This document shows, piece after piece, positions 19,067-28,848 of a DNA stretch of 55,792 nucleotides. Both the position numbers and the translations under genes were made by a program. Each line of letters begins with the position of its first letter. Within the stretch, counting starts at the first letter, position 1. Source of the DNA: a virus (taxonomy: Duplodnaviria > Caudoviricetes); IMG/VR virus record IMGVR_UViG_3300027373_000207, positions 1 to 55,792 of that record; one strand, 5' to 3'. The notes under the pieces are model-generated. The model searched no databases and was not told where the DNA came from. It saw only the letters and a list, made by a program, of their open reading frames with translations.

Positions 19067-20431
19067 TCAGATTTGCAGGTCTGCTTTAACGGCATCGATC
19101 AAGGCGGCTTGGGTGCTGTCCTTCTTGGATAACACCTTCAGAATCCGCTCGTCGATGGTACCCTTCGCCACGATGTGCTGCACCACAACCGTTTCGGCAT
19201 CTTGCCCTTGCCGCCAAAGGCGGGCGTTGGTCTGCTGATACAGTTCCAGCGACCAGGTCAACCCAAACCAGACGATACAGGAACCGCCGCTTTGAAGGTT
19301 CAGCCCGTGACCGGCAGAGGCGGGGTGGATAAGCGCCACGGGCAGCTCGCCGGTGTTCCACCTTCGGATGCTATCGGCGCTGTCCAGCTTGGAGAAGGGG
19401 ACATGGAGTTTATGTAGTCGCTCCGTGATGCGGGCAAGGTCATGCTTGAACCAGTAGGCAACAAGAATCGGCTTTCCGGCAGCTGCTTCGATGATATCCT
19501 CTAGTGCGTCCAGTTTTCGGTCATGGATGGTGATGATGTCACCGTCGTCGGTGTATATAGCTCCATTTGCCATCTGGCATAACTTACCGGTGAGCGCGGC
19601 GGCGTTTGCGGCGGTGATGTCGCCGTCCGGGATTTGCAATACGAGGTCTTGCTTCAACTCGTCGTAACGTTTGCCCTCATCATCGGATAAACGGACAGTG
19701 TATTCGCTGCTGACCAGTTCCGGCATTTTCAGCAGGTCGGTTGATCGCATAGAGATGGTGATGTCGGAGATTTTGTCATAGATCCGCTGCTCTGCTCCTG
19801 GAAGGGGTTTGTAGCTGAAGATGACCTGCCCATTTCGTTTGTCTGGCATGAAGTAGTCAAGCCGGTACTGACCGATAAACCGGCCGAGCCGTTTGCCCAT
19901 ATCCAGCAGCCTGAATTCAGCCCATAAATCCATGAGGCCATTTGCGGAAGGAGTACCTGTGAGACCGATGATGCGCTTGACTGTAGGTCGCACCTTCATT
20001 AGTGCTCTGAACCGCTTTGCTTGGTAGTTCTTAAAGGAGGACAGCTCGTCAACCACGACAGTGTCGAAGTTGAACGGTAGCTTGCTTTCCTCAACGAGCC
20101 ACTGGACGTTCTCACGGTTGATAATGTAAATGTCGGCGGGCTTTATAAGAGCGGCACGGCGCTCTGCTTCGGTGCCGACCGCCAAGGAGCAGATGAGGTT
20201 CTGGAGATGATCCCACTTATCTGTTTCAGCAGGCCATGTATCCCGTGCCACTCGCAGCGGAGCGATAACCAGAATACGGTGCGCTTCGAAGCTGTCAAAG
20301 AGAAGGTCGTTCAGAGCCGTCAGCGTGATGCTCGTTTTGCCAAGGCCCATATCCAGCAGGATAGCGGAGATGGGATGTGCCCCAATATAATCGATGGCAT
20401 ATTTCTGGTAGTTATGTGGTTTGTATTTCAT
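19067..20431 (-). CDS. SNF2-family phage helicase
   Basis: DMGLGKT, VVDELS, LTGTP, HGLNLQ, ARLWRQGQ. Confidence 0.92.
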   Translation of the reverse strand: MKYKPHNYQKYAIDYIGAHPISAILLDMGLGKTSITLTALNDLLFDSFEAHRILVIAPLRVARDTWPAETDKWDHLQNLICSLAVGTEAERRAALIKPADIYIINRENVQWLVEESKLPFNFDTVVVDELSSFKNYQAKRFRALMKVRPTVKRIIGLTGTPSANGLMDLWAEFRLLDMGKRLGRFIGQYRLDYFMPDKRNGQVIFSYKPLPGAEQRIYDKISDITISMRSTDLLKMPELVSSEYTVRLSDDEGKRYDELKQDLVLQIPDGDITAANAAALTGKLCQMANGAIYTDDGDIITIHDRKLDALEDIIEAAAGKPILVAYWFKHDLARITERLHKLHVPFSKLDSADSIRRWNTGELPVALIHPASAGHGLNLQSGGSCIVWFGLTWSLELYQQTNARLWRQGQDAETVVVQHIVAKGTIDERILKVLSKKDSTQAALIDAVKADLQI

Positions 20432-20708
20432 CAAGAAGCCCTCCAATCTGTTGCTCGTCATCAAGAACATAAACCTTGAAGCCAAGCCTGCGAATTAATC
20501 TGTGCCTTGCCAGCTGAAGTAGTCGCGGCTTTTCGCCGGGAGCCTTAACCTCCACGAAAGCCATGTGACCACCCGGTAGAAGCACGATGCGATCTGGCAT
20601 ACCGTCAAAGCTAGGACTCGTGAATTTCGGCGCGATGCCTCCAGCAGCTTTGACTGCCAGTAACAGCTTTTTTTCAATCGCTTTTTCTCTCACATTCTCA
20701 CGCTCCAT
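20412..20708 (-). CDS. VRR-NUC domain nuclease
   Basis: GMPDRIVL...FVEVKAPGEKPR..Q. Confidence 0.9.
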   Translation of the reverse strand: MERENVREKAIEKKLLLAVKAAGGIAPKFTSPSFDGMPDRIVLLPGGHMAFVEVKAPGEKPRLLQLARHRLIRRLGFKVYVLDDEQQIGGLLDEIQTT

Positions 20709-20726
20709 CAGGGATTTTAAGGGAGA

Positions 20727-20825
20727 GGGTTAACCTCGATGCAGGTCGTTTCTAAGACTTTTTCTTATAGTGTTTTTTTCTCTCTTAAGAGACTTTTTGT
20801 ATATGACCTTTATCGAGGTTAACCC
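20727..20825. repeat. Long inverted repeat around an AT-rich core; candidate replication origin
   Basis: GGGTTAACCTCGAT / ATCGAGGTTAACCC perfect 14-bp arms plus inner AGGTC/GACCT; directly downstream of the primase gene. Confidence 0.7.
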
Positions 20826-20834
20826 ATAGTGCCA

Positions 20835-23108
20835 TTAGCCTAAAAATTCCTCAAAATCTCCGTCATCAGTTTTTAACTGCAGCCCTGTAAAGAACCGCTT
20901 GTTTTTGACTTTGATACGGCTATGCCCGGCAGCCTCCAGTGCGGAATAGAAGTCTGTAGTACTGCGAATATACTCATTTGTGTCAACACAGTAATTGCGA
21001 TACGCTCGATAAAGTGAACTGGAACTCTCTCGGAAGCTCGCATCAAGCTCGCATTTATCCTCAAGGAAATGAGCGAACCAATTGTTTTGTGCTCGGTACT
21101 CTGCGATAGCTTTCTGTACACATTCTGGTACGGGAATCTTGTAGTCCAGCGAAATGACCTTCTTGGCTCCCTCGATCAACCATGCAAGAATGCTTTCACC
21201 GGCGTTCTGATAGAGGTACTCGCCGTAGTTCTTTATATCGCTGCTGCCCTCAATTTTTGCATCGAAGGGTATGACGATCAGCCTGCGCCAGATACCATCA
21301 TCAGAGGCGCTGACCTTTGGAAGGTGGTTTGTATAGAGCACCAGTGTGTGGCAGGGGGTGAAGCTGAACGGATCTTTGTACTTCTTTTCGGCGAACACAT
21401 CGTCGGTGGAGCACAGTTGCTTGACAATGGAATCGTTGAGTCGAGCGCCTTCTTGCATTTCAGCTGCAATAAGAAGTCGTTTACCTTTGACCTCGGCCAT
21501 TTCTGGTTTGATGTTTCGACGGCACCCAACCGTCAGGGTATCTGCGGAGATATTGCCGCTATACAGACCGAGCACACGGGAGATAGCATTCCAGAAGGTG
21601 GATTTACCGTTGCGCCCGCCACCATAGGCGATGATTAGGGCTTCCACATAGACCTTGCCGATGGCTGCGAGACCGCATATCATTTGGACATAGTCGATAA
21701 GCTCCTGATTGCCGCAGAAGATGAGTTTCAAACTGTTCTGCCAGAGCTGTTCACCCTTGGCGCTGGGAGAAACGGATGTCATTTTTGTAATGAAATCTTC
21801 CGGCGAGTGTTCGCTGGCTCCAGCCATGCCTTCCCGCAAATTGTAAGTAGCGGCGGGCGTACAAAGAAGAAAGCAGTCCGCATCGAGATCTCGCGGTGAG
21901 ATTTCCAGCATAGGACGGGACTCCTTTAGCGTCGCGGTGATATTCTTTGAATCCCGGCGGCGAATGGTAAAGGACTGGTATGCCTTGGCTGCGAGGAATT
22001 CTCTGTACGCTTCGAGCTGCGCGTCGTTCATGAGCGACTCGGCTTTCGCCTTTGATGCGTTTTCAAGAATTTCCTGACCGCCGTTTTCTGTAAGTAACTT
22101 CATCGCTGACTGCAGCTCCTTTGTGGCTTCCTCCAATTGGCGGCGGGTCAGCTCATGAGCGACGGCTTGTGCGCCGGGTTCGCTTTCCTGCCAGTAATGG
22201 CTGCAGTAACGGATGAAATGCGTAGCTGGAGAATAACGCAATTCGCCGGAGAAGTATTTTGCCAGCACCTCTGCCTGTCCCACGTCGGAGTAATCACCGG
22301 GCTTATACGATGTCTGGTCGTTGTAGACATCGGGAGGAACATAGCCGTCCTGCTGCTGCAACTTAGCGAAGAAACGCTGGGCGCTGTGCCAGATGGTCCT
22401 AAGCTCAGCTTCATCAAGCGGAGGTGAGCATTTTGCGGCTTCTTCCAGAAAGCATAGATATGCTGCATCACCGTCGCCATACTTCTTGATAACACGACCG
22501 GCGAAGCGGGATAAGGTGGCGTTGCGGCTTCCTTCCGGTATGACTTGAGTGGAGCGATGGCCACCGGTCATATCCGCATCGAAATCATTGCCCTCCAGAA
22601 ACTCGCTCAAGTTTATGCTGCCTTCGTAAATCTCAACCTCCGGCGAATTGGTGCCGTAGAAGAAACGAGCTGCATCCAGCGCCTTGGTATCAAAATACGG
22701 AAAGATGGCGTTGACCAGCCTCTTCATATCGCTATAGCAAGCCGCGTCTGTAACGTGGTCAATAGGAAACAAGACATGAAACTTTGGCCGAGCAGGTTTG
22801 CCGTTTTTCTCGCGCATATTCGATCGGCTGTAATGAACGGCAAAGGTTACGCCGGGAAACGCTTCCATAACATCAGTGGGCAGCACCCAATCTTGCTGGT
22901 TTTCAGAATGGTCGTTGTCGCAGTCAACTGGCAAGCAATCGCTGCCGATGAAGTTGTCGCCATTGCGGTAGTTATTCTTATACTCCGCACACACATAGTC
23001 ATGACCAACTGCAGCATTCAGGGATGCCGAATCTGTAATCTCCACTTTGTGCGGATAGGAACAGTTGCCAGGGTTCCCGTTGAAATTGGAGTGATAAACG
23101 GTGAACAT
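20835..23108 (-). CDS. P4/D5-family primase-helicase
   Basis: DCDNDH and KFH primase motifs, EGSRNATL (PriCT), GGGRNGKST, TNHLP, WRRL. Confidence 0.92.
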   Translation of the reverse strand: MFTVYHSNFNGNPGNCSYPHKVEITDSASLNAAVGHDYVCAEYKNNYRNGDNFIGSDCLPVDCDNDHSENQQDWVLPTDVMEAFPGVTFAVHYSRSNMREKNGKPARPKFHVLFPIDHVTDAACYSDMKRLVNAIFPYFDTKALDAARFFYGTNSPEVEIYEGSINLSEFLEGNDFDADMTGGHRSTQVIPEGSRNATLSRFAGRVIKKYGDGDAAYLCFLEEAAKCSPPLDEAELRTIWHSAQRFFAKLQQQDGYVPPDVYNDQTSYKPGDYSDVGQAEVLAKYFSGELRYSPATHFIRYCSHYWQESEPGAQAVAHELTRRQLEEATKELQSAMKLLTENGGQEILENASKAKAESLMNDAQLEAYREFLAAKAYQSFTIRRRDSKNITATLKESRPMLEISPRDLDADCFLLCTPAATYNLREGMAGASEHSPEDFITKMTSVSPSAKGEQLWQNSLKLIFCGNQELIDYVQMICGLAAIGKVYVEALIIAYGGGRNGKSTFWNAISRVLGLYSGNISADTLTVGCRRNIKPEMAEVKGKRLLIAAEMQEGARLNDSIVKQLCSTDDVFAEKKYKDPFSFTPCHTLVLYTNHLPKVSASDDGIWRRLIVIPFDAKIEGSSDIKNYGEYLYQNAGESILAWLIEGAKKVISLDYKIPVPECVQKAIAEYRAQNNWFAHFLEDKCELDASFRESSSSLYRAYRNYCVDTNEYIRSTTDFYSALEAAGHSRIKVKNKRFFTGLQLKTDDGDFEEFLG

Positions 23109-23431
23109 CAGTCGTTCACCTCCGTTGCGCCATCCTCCAGCACTTTGGTGATGAATTTGAGTGCGGTAATAATTGTTTCAAGCTCGCAGTCACCGCCGAG
23201 AAAAACCTCTATGCCATCTGTGCCATACGGCCCTATCAGATGCGCTTCAATGTCAGTGCCTCCGGCATTCTCTATGCGAAAGTAAGTACGGCTGCCGTGG
23301 CCGGTATCTCCACCCTTATAGCCGTTGGTGCCGGCCTCGACTTCGAGAACATTCGCGTTGTATATGTCGCGGCTAAAGGTTGTGATAGTGATGCCGTCGA
23401 TATTTCTTTCCTTTTCTGTAATAGCGTACAT
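23108..23431 (-). CDS. Conserved phage hypothetical protein
   Basis: EAGTNGYKGGDTGHGSRT; coupled to the primase gene. Confidence 0.7.
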   Translation of the reverse strand: MYAITEKERNIDGITITTFSRDIYNANVLEVEAGTNGYKGGDTGHGSRTYFRIENAGGTDIEAHLIGPYGTDGIEVFLGGDCELETIITALKFITKVLEDGATEVND

Positions 23432-23434
23432 GAT

Positions 23435-23854
23435 TTAAACCTCCTCGCAGTCTTCATTAAAGTAGCGCAAGCGGTAATTTTTCCACTTGGCTCTCTTGAT
23501 TTCAGCCTCCATACCGGCTGAGATTGTGTTGCCGAACACCCAAACTTCCGAGCACTTGCTCATCAGGGCGTTGCCGAAAAACAGCCCAAGATGGCGCTCG
23601 GTAGGGTCATTTTCATTTAGAAATTGTGGGAACAGCAGATGTGGCGCGATGGGAATGTATCCCTTCTCCACAGCATATCGGCTGTAACCCTGCGCGGCTT
23701 TCACGTTTTTCTCTATCTCTCCGGCATAGGGAGAGCAGATATACACGATTGGCCGGAATGCCCGAAGCACCTGTTCTTCTTTTTCTATAACGGACATTGC
23801 TTCAAAGGCGGTCGGGTCGTAATAACCCTCGTTGTTGTACTTGTCTATACTCAT
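23435..23854 (-). CDS. DUF4406/DUF7768-like (nucleoside deoxyribosyltransferase-fold) protein
   Basis: VYICSPYAG, PIAPHL, CSEVWVFG, SAGMEAE. Confidence 0.75.
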   Translation of the reverse strand: MSIDKYNNEGYYDPTAFEAMSVIEKEEQVLRAFRPIVYICSPYAGEIEKNVKAAQGYSRYAVEKGYIPIAPHLLFPQFLNENDPTERHLGLFFGNALMSKCSEVWVFGNTISAGMEAEIKRAKWKNYRLRYFNEDCEEV

Positions 23855-23894
23855 GTCGACCTCCCATCCGGATGGGCTTTTCGTCCATCTCTAA

Positions 23895-23929
23895 AACTCA
23901 CTGGAATAAAAAGCCCATTTTGGACGAAA
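23895..23929 (-). promoter_or_regulatory. Repeated 35-bp element, copy 2 (putative phage-sigma promoter)
   Basis: TTTCGTCCAAAATGGGCTTTTTATTCCAGTGAGTT; near-identical to 28849-28883. Confidence 0.65.
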
Positions 23930-23933
23930 TCTT

Positions 23934-25883
23934 TTAATCTTTTTTATAAAAATCCGTTTCATAGCCATCGGCACGGAGCAGCAGTCCTTTAGCCCACGAT
24001 GGCGTCCTGCCCATCTGCTCACAAACCGCTTTAAGCGACATTCGTTGATTGGCTTCAATAACAATCTCATCATGGATGTGCATAACTATGGAACAGCACC
24101 GGAGTGTCTGCATAGCGTAGGAAAGAATGTCACGAGAGGTGGCCTGTACGATGTTTTCCACGAACTTTGGCCCGTAGGAATCCAGCCGCTCCCACTTTTT
24201 TGTACCACCGATACCCTCATAGGTGATGCACTGCCCGCCGAACTTGTTTTCACTGATACGCGGTTTCACATAGGCGAGCTGTCTGCCGGAAGGGAGCGTC
24301 ATAAACAGCATCCCACTTTGACAGGAGAAGGTGATACCATGCGTCGAGTTGGTGCGCTTATTGCGGACAGCCTCCATAGCGGCACGGTCTACGTCCCACC
24401 AGAATTTCACGATGTGCGGATTGGATTGCCGCCACGCATCAACCAGCGACGGGAGCTCGTCCTCATCAAGCCCCATGTCGAGCGCACCCATTGCTTTGAG
24501 CGCACCAACAGAGCCGCCATAGCCGAGCGCCAATTCTGCGATTTTGCCCTTTTGCCGTAGGTGAGTATTGACACCGTGCTTCACAACTGGAACCTTGAAC
24601 ATCTGAATGGCTGAAGCGCAGTAGATATCGCCGTCCTTGGCGAACACATCCTGTCGCCATTGCTCACCGGCAAGCCACGCGATTACGCGGGCTTCGATGG
24701 CACTGAAGTCAGAAACTATAAACTTGGCACCGGCTCTCGGAATAAAAGCTGTGCGAATGAGCTGCGACAGCGTATCCGGTACATCCTCATAGAGCATTTC
24801 CAGAGCTTCAAAATCTCCGCATCGCACAAGGGAACGGGCTTCAGCCAAGTCCTCTAGATGGTTTTGAGGTAGGTTTTGCATTTGAATAAGCCTTCCTGCC
24901 CAGCGTCCAGTTCGATTGGCACCATAAAATTGAAACATCCCACGGGCGCGACCGTCAGCGCAGACTGTATTTTCCATTGCCTGATACTTCCGCACCGATG
25001 ACTTGGCAAGCTGCTGCCGAAGCGTAAGGACGTCTGCAAGTTCCGGTGGTGCTGTTTTGAGTAACTCGACGACAGCCTTTTTACTGAGCGTGTCGGTTTC
25101 CATGCCATTTTCGGCAAGCCACAGTTTCATCTGCTGTACCGAATTTGGATTATCCAGCTCGGTCAGGCACTTTATAGCGGCAGTGAGCTCCGAGCGGGAG
25201 CGACTGTCCATGTTAATGGCCTCCTGAACCAGCGTCATATCGAGAGACACACCACGGTCGTTGATTTCTTGATCGAGGTGGTACTCGTCCCATACGCTGT
25301 CCGGCACCTGGAATTTGGCGAGCTTCTCCTGAATGGACATCTCCGTCTCCACATCACGGGCATTATACTTTTTAAACATGGACCACTTGTCTGGTGCGTG
25401 ATATGGGTAATTGCGAGTACGCTGGCCGTTAGATTTTGTCGGCGCACAGGGCTGGCAGAAATATTTGATGAGGTCCTTTCCCTCGGTCAGTTTCTGCTTG
25501 TCCAGCTTGAGCACAGAGCCGACGCCTTCTAGTGAAAGCGGCAGTCCCATCGTCGCCGCCCACACCATTGAGCACTTCCACGAGGCAGGGGAGAGGTACG
25601 CGCCGATGGGATAGCCAAGAAAGCGCGACAGACAGATCCGTTCAAAGTTGGCGTTGAAAGCCCATTTTGTCACCGTTTCATCTGTGAGCGCAGCAATAAT
25701 CGTATTGGGTATCTTCTCGCCACAGGCAAGATCGACGACCTGCACTTCGCCGCCGTCCACGCTGTAGCTGAACAGCAGGATCTCAAAATCCGGCGACTCG
25801 ACATAGCGGTACACACCGGATTTGGCGAGATTGACGCTAGAAAACGTTTCGATGTCGCAACTTAAGGTCTTTATTTCAGCCAT
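23934..25883 (-). CDS. Phage family A DNA polymerase
   Basis: CDIET 3'-5' exonuclease motif, RTGRW, SDFSAIEARV, RQKGKIAELALGYG, HIHDE. Confidence 0.93.
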   Translation of the reverse strand: MAEIKTLSCDIETFSSVNLAKSGVYRYVESPDFEILLFSYSVDGGEVQVVDLACGEKIPNTIIAALTDETVTKWAFNANFERICLSRFLGYPIGAYLSPASWKCSMVWAATMGLPLSLEGVGSVLKLDKQKLTEGKDLIKYFCQPCAPTKSNGQRTRNYPYHAPDKWSMFKKYNARDVETEMSIQEKLAKFQVPDSVWDEYHLDQEINDRGVSLDMTLVQEAINMDSRSRSELTAAIKCLTELDNPNSVQQMKLWLAENGMETDTLSKKAVVELLKTAPPELADVLTLRQQLAKSSVRKYQAMENTVCADGRARGMFQFYGANRTGRWAGRLIQMQNLPQNHLEDLAEARSLVRCGDFEALEMLYEDVPDTLSQLIRTAFIPRAGAKFIVSDFSAIEARVIAWLAGEQWRQDVFAKDGDIYCASAIQMFKVPVVKHGVNTHLRQKGKIAELALGYGGSVGALKAMGALDMGLDEDELPSLVDAWRQSNPHIVKFWWDVDRAAMEAVRNKRTNSTHGITFSCQSGMLFMTLPSGRQLAYVKPRISENKFGGQCITYEGIGGTKKWERLDSYGPKFVENIVQATSRDILSYAMQTLRCCSIVMHIHDEIVIEANQRMSLKAVCEQMGRTPSWAKGLLLRADGYETDFYKKD

Positions 25884-26404
25884 GCAAAAGACCTCCCGCA
25901 CTTAATCTTGCTGATAACCTGTGATGAAATATCGAACATGCTTGCGAGCTCACAACCTTTTATTCCGCAACACAGTCCAAAGCGGATAGCCTCAACATCA
26001 TCCAATGAGAGTTTTCTCCAGCGCCCACCTTGCCGATAAACATCAAGAATGTTTTCGGTTCTGGTACCATAGCGAAGATTTGATAAACGGTTATCAGTTG
26101 GTACACCATTTAAATGAAGAACCTCCATACCTTCAGGAGGTTCTCCGACAAAAGTTTTCATAACTAGCTGGTGCACAGGCTTGCCGTTAGTACCTTTACG
26201 AAGAATCACAGAAATATGACCACATTTACAATAGCGACCAGGTTTTAGAATCCGTTCTGGAATAGTGCGGTAAAATGGTTTTCCTGTATACCAATTCTTA
26301 CTGATGGCCATGCGCTCAAGACTTTTTATACGTCCCAGCGTACTGGCTTGATATTTACCTTCGTAGCCGGGTATGTCTTTCCATGTTTCTTCCATATATA
26401 CCAA
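25871..26404 (-). CDS. NUMOD4-HNH homing endonuclease
   Basis: ETWKDIPGYEGKYQAS..GRIKS; VHQLV..F, HLNG...DNRLSNL. Confidence 0.9.
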   Translation of the reverse strand: MVYMEETWKDIPGYEGKYQASTLGRIKSLERMAISKNWYTGKPFYRTIPERILKPGRYCKCGHISVILRKGTNGKPVHQLVMKTFVGEPPEGMEVLHLNGVPTDNRLSNLRYGTRTENILDVYRQGGRWRKLSLDDVEAIRFGLCCGIKGCELASMFDISSQVISKIKCGRSFAWLK

Positions 26405-26421
26405 TCCTTTCTCATAGCCCT

Positions 26422-26450
26422 AAGGGTGGCAGAATTGCTCCCGCCACCCT
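26422..26450 (-). terminator. GC-rich hairpin
   Basis: AGGGTGGC...GCCACCCT stem; weak T tail. Confidence 0.4.
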
Positions 26451-26464
26451 CCATCCACAGGTTC

Positions 26465-26638
26465 TTATTTGAAATCCCTCATACGCTTTTCGTGATATTC
26501 TTTATCACGAACCTCGCGTTCTGCATTGCGCTTAGCACTCTTGCGGTCGTTACGAATGCTCTGAATCATTGAGATCAAGAACGCTACGCACAGGATGGAA
26601 TATAAACCCAAAAGGATATTTACTAATACAGTTGTCAT
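26465..26638 (-). CDS. 57-aa single-pass membrane protein (missing from the ORF track)
   Basis: MTTVLVNILLGLYSILCVAFLISMIQSIRNDRK...RMRDFK*; GAAAGGA RBS. Confidence 0.7.
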   Translation of the reverse strand: MTTVLVNILLGLYSILCVAFLISMIQSIRNDRKSAKRNAEREVRDKEYHEKRMRDFK

Positions 26639-26655
26639 CGTTTTACCGTCCTTTC

Positions 26656-27231
26656 TTAAGACAAAAAGTCATCATTATCTTCAGTTGCAAAATCGGAATC
26701 AGCACTGGCTTTACCGCCGAGAGGTTCACCGTCGCGCACCTTCTGCAGGTTGTTCAGTCCACAAGCGATGCCTTTGTTGCCATTGCTGTTAAAGGCATAG
26801 AAGCTGATGCTGGCTCTGCCATACACGCCGGAGTACACCTCGGAGCGAGTCAGAATGGGATTGCGGTCAGCGTCCACGATACCGGGGGCAGTAGCAGAAT
26901 TTGCGTTGATAAAGTAGGCGTTTGTGTAAGCAGGATCATCCGGACGCTCAGAGTCCCCATCTCTGAGGGGAGTTTTAATCACTGCCATCGGAGGCACGGA
27001 TTTGCCGTTGCCCTTGAGCTTTGACTCACCGTCGTGATAGGCTGCTTCGATAGCGGCCTTGATCTTGGCAACAGTCTTGGTGTCGGATTTGGGGACAATG
27101 AGTGAAACAGAGAATTTCGGAGTGCCACCATTGATACTCTTGGCTTCCCAGACATTTGCGTAGCTCCAGCGGGTTTCGGGACCGGTGATAACCTTCATCG
27201 GGTTGTTGGCTTTATTTGTGTTGTTATTCAT
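26656..27231 (-). CDS. DUF2815 family (T7 gp2.5-like) ssDNA-binding protein
   Basis: RWSYANVW, PLRDGD, GLNNLQK..DGEPLGG, acidic tail. Confidence 0.88.
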   Translation of the reverse strand: MNNNTNKANNPMKVITGPETRWSYANVWEAKSINGGTPKFSVSLIVPKSDTKTVAKIKAAIEAAYHDGESKLKGNGKSVPPMAVIKTPLRDGDSERPDDPAYTNAYFINANSATAPGIVDADRNPILTRSEVYSGVYGRASISFYAFNSNGNKGIACGLNNLQKVRDGEPLGGKASADSDFATEDNDDFLS

Positions 27232-28363
27232 AATCGTTTTCCTCCATAAAATCATTTTTGGCTGTGTTCATGGCCGGACGTTTATCGCTCTCCGGTACAA
27301 GCGTTGGTTTACCTTGAGGCTTTTCGATATACTCCGCGAGGAGTTCGTCAAAGCGGGATTTTCCTAGTAGCTTCTGCATGGCAGTGACGCCGAGGACTTT
27401 TCGTTCATATGGGTCGAAGCCTGCTTTGCTGACTGCTTCAGTAACCTCCGAATCGTTTGTGTACTTGCGGTTTGAGCGCCCTTCGACCAGTTTCCAGCCA
27501 TTCCATGCCTTTCCGCTAATTGCTTGCTGCAGGGCGTATTCCTTTATATCCGTAGCCCAAGAAATAAGGTCATCGATACGCGCGAGGATTTCTTCTACTT
27601 CTACATCCTCCAGCAGAGGGGGTAACTTGAAATCATACCGGGCAAGCTCCATATTGGCCTCAGCTCTGGCACGGCAATCATGCTTAGCTTTGCAAAAACC
27701 GCACCACTCGCCGCAGAGAAAGTTGCCATCACCGGCGAAAGCAAGATCGGCGGTAGGCTTAAGCACATCGTCAGCCCAACGATAGAGCTCATCCTTCTGA
27801 AGATCGTAGATGCTGACGTTATCTCGACGCGGCTGGTAAATAGTCATCCTGACATGGTCGATGTCGTAAATACCGTCGAACAGTTCAAGAGCCCCGAGGG
27901 CGTAGCACATCATCTGTGGGTTCTTATCGGCGCTTACGAGGACACCAATCCCATGCTTGTAATCGCATATCTGCAAGGTGCCGTCTGCGATAATGATGCA
28001 GTCGGCGGTTCCAAAACCGGACTCAACCCAGCGGGAGAAATCCACGCGCTGCTCGATCAGAATAACAGGATCAGCGCAGGTTTGCTTTGCGGCTTCCACT
28101 TGTTCAAGCACATAGGCGGCGTAGCCAGAAGCGCAGTCGTCCATTTCCTCGTTGAACCAGGTAAGGTTTTTGGTCGGGTCTTTGGCCTCCATACCAAGCA
28201 CCCGACGGAGCTTGTACTCACAGAGCGCATGGGCGTCGGTGCCTTCGGCGGCGTAATCGCTGCCCTTGTCGTCGTAGCTCTCACTGAGCCGAGCAGAGGG
28301 CGGACAATGGAGCCAGCGGTCGGAGCTAGAGGCGGAGAGAACAGCATGTCCTTTAGTTGGCAT
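27224..28363 (-). CDS. DUF2800 PD-(D/E)xK (Cas4-like) nuclease
   Basis: HAVLSASS...CPPS, FGTAD, DYKHG, QPRR, CGFC. Confidence 0.88.
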   Translation of the reverse strand: MPTKGHAVLSASSSDRWLHCPPSARLSESYDDKGSDYAAEGTDAHALCEYKLRRVLGMEAKDPTKNLTWFNEEMDDCASGYAAYVLEQVEAAKQTCADPVILIEQRVDFSRWVESGFGTADCIIIADGTLQICDYKHGIGVLVSADKNPQMMCYALGALELFDGIYDIDHVRMTIYQPRRDNVSIYDLQKDELYRWADDVLKPTADLAFAGDGNFLCGEWCGFCKAKHDCRARAEANMELARYDFKLPPLLEDVEVEEILARIDDLISWATDIKEYALQQAISGKAWNGWKLVEGRSNRKYTNDSEVTEAVSKAGFDPYERKVLGVTAMQKLLGKSRFDELLAEYIEKPQGKPTLVPESDKRPAMNTAKNDFMEENDYE

Positions 28364-28652
28364 TAGTTAGTCCCTCCACATCGGTGAGCAGTGCCTTGTA
28401 ATTAGAGGGGTCTATACCCGACAGCTTATCTGAACCGTATTTCTGGAGCAGAGAGCGAATCTGAGCGGTGAAGCCCGCACGAGACTTGTCTGCCAGGACA
28501 GCTCTGACCGCTTCCAGTGTAAGTACCAGTTCAACGGGAACAGGCTCATCGCCGCTAAACTGCTCCGCTAGCCAATTGGCGGCCTCGTTAATAGTGGTAG
28601 CGCATCTGCGCAGGTCTTCGATGGTTGCGGCAATTTCGCTCATTTTGCTCAT
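28353..28652 (-). CDS. Conserved phage replication-module protein
   Basis: TLEAVRAVLADKSRAG...YGSDKLS; GGAGGA RBS. Confidence 0.7.
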   Translation of the reverse strand: MSKMSEIAATIEDLRRCATTINEAANWLAEQFSGDEPVPVELVLTLEAVRAVLADKSRAGFTAQIRSLLQKYGSDKLSGIDPSNYKALLTDVEGLTNAN

Positions 28653-28803
28653 CTGTTTTTCCTCCTTCCGTAGATTGTCTTTGTCCGGCAAGCAAGGTCA
28701 GTTTTCTTGCCAGCCGCATGGATACGATGCTGATTGCGGTGAGAATGTTAACGAGCTCATCGTCCGCAGTGCAGCTCTGGGGTTTTGTTTGGGGCTGATA
28801 CAT
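28588..28803 (-). CDS. Small hypothetical protein
   Basis: GGAGGTG RBS; first gene after the repeated promoter element. Confidence 0.55.
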   Translation of the reverse strand: MYQPQTKPQSCTADDELVNILTAISIVSMRLARKLTLLAGQRQSTEGGKTDEQNERNCRNHRRPAQMRYHY

Positions 28804-28848
28804 TCCGTTTCACCTCCGTTCTGAAAGCCGGTTGTGTATCGCTTTCAC

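Noticed and set aside
22545-23285. Long plus-strand ORFs opposite phage genes (also 27680-28366 and 21069-21638)
   Set aside because: Antisense shadows of well-supported minus-strand genes
23934-25883. Intein or intron in the polymerase (also primase and terminase)
   Set aside because: ORFs are continuous, of ordinary length, and show no splice motifs
27224-28363. cas4 of a CRISPR system
   Set aside because: DUF2800-type nuclease in the standard phage SSB/polymerase context; no cas1/cas2 or array
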